From: a virus
DNA length: 64,000 nucleotides
Virus record (IMG/VR): IMGVR_UViG_3300046791_000499
Coordinates: 79,094-143,093 of that record
Strand: one strand, 5' to 3'
Notes under the pieces: model-generated
The model's database searches: none
Told to the model about the DNA's origin: nothing
The model's input: only the letters and a program-made list of their open reading frames with translations
Made by a program: the position numbers and the translations under genes
Shown here: in pieces, positions 63,314 to 64,000 of the stretch
How positions within the stretch are numbered: position 1 is the stretch's first letter
Layout of the letters: every line of letters begins with the position of its first letter

Positions 63314-64000
63314 CTACCTCGCCTCTGCCTGCAGACGGGCCCGGATGACGGCGAGCACGACCGCGGGATCCGATGTCTCCGATGGCCAGCGGTCGCCGAA
63401 GTCTGCTTTGGCATCTGCGTCGAATGGCTCGAGTCGAAGCCCTCGGACCCGGCCTCGCGCAAGCCGATCGAAGTTCATCTCCTTCTCCTCGGACCTCTCG
63501 CCACACTTGCCGCTCGAGATCAGCCTGTATGCCGAGCGCAGATCATCCGCGTTGCATCGCTGCAGCCCATCGCGGATCGACCAGATCGCTGTCACGGTCG
63601 CGACCGTCAGATCGCACAGCGACCATGGCGGTGCGTCCGTCGACCAGTGGTGCATGTAGAGGCCGGTGTTCATGGCGTACGCACCACGCCCGATCCCCCA
63701 CGCGCTCAGAGTCCCGACGACCTTGCCGTCCTTGTCGTAGACGGAGACCCTCGCCTCGCGCCATCGCTCGGTCGACATCATCCGCCCGCGCCTGGCCGAA
63801 CTGCGGTTTGCTTCGAGATCCGGGTTCCGAATGTGGACGGACTCCTCGTTGCCGCTGGCCTCGAAGATCGACTTGCGGAACAAGAACTCGGCTGCCAGCC
63901 GGTCGCCGCCCATCTCGTCGACGATGATCCCGATCTCCCAACGGACCTGCTCCTGGTGAGCGTCTCGCTCGGCCCTGTTGCGCAGCCATGACGGCAAGCG
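63314..64000 (-). CDS. Partial CDS, possible lysozyme/transglycosylase-like protein
   Basis: helix-E-A-S-G...GRGAYAM pattern; start probably outside the window. Confidence 0.35.
   Translation of the reverse strand, partial: RLPSWLRNRAERDAHQEQVRWEIGIIVDEMGGDRLAAEFLFRKSIFEASGNEESVHIRNPDLEANRSSARRGRMMSTERWREARVSVYDKDGKVVGTLSAWGIGRGAYAMNTGLYMHHWSTDAPPWSLCDLTVATVTAIWSIRDGLQRCNADDLRSAYRLISSGKCGERSEEKEMNFDRLARGRVRGLRLEPFDADAKADFGDRWPSETSDPAVVLAVIRARLQAEAR

Noticed and set aside
1-64000. Many long antisense or alternate-frame ORFs (e.g. 15702-17702+, 19963-21939+, 34696-37053+, 45631-47397-)
   Set aside because: Shadow ORFs expected at high GC; they overlap motif-bearing genes and have Arg/Pro-rich non-protein composition
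1-64000. CRISPR array, tRNA/rRNA, integrase/att site, reverse transcriptase or DGR
   Set aside because: No regularly spaced repeats, cloverleafs, recombinase or RT motifs seen by eye; a tRNA scan was not run

Overview
The whole window is a high-GC tailed phage or prophage segment with a contractile tail (myovirus-like, DUF2213/DUF2184/DUF3383/DUF1073-type morphogenesis). The host is probably a high-GC bacterium, possibly a myxobacterium (inference only). Bases 1-19082 (minus strand) are one morphogenesis operon running from head protease polyprotein through decoration, MCP, neck, sheath, tube, chaperones and tape measure to the baseplate. Bases 19.7-64 kb are mostly small accessory genes plus an endolysin, an RNase II/R-dsRBD, a HerA-like ATPase, SSB, an HD hydrolase, an ECF sigma factor, DUF932 and an HNH. 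The portal and a putative small terminase are displaced into this region on the plus strand. Three observations stand out. (1) The prohead-protease gene is a ~1130-aa polyprotein carrying an ADP-ribosyltransferase and an Acb1-like 2H phosphoesterase, with R/H-x-D motifs at domain junctions that recur in MCP and portal, suggesting self-processed, capsid-packaged effectors. (2) A phage ECF sigma factor co-occurs with 18 GGAAT-N17/18-GT(C/T)-type promoters, 17 of them 8-10 nt before a start codon, suggesting a leaderless regulon. (3) A family of Zn-finger/TIGR02996-like accessory proteins carries fragments resembling virion proteins. All family calls were made by eye from motifs; no searches were run.
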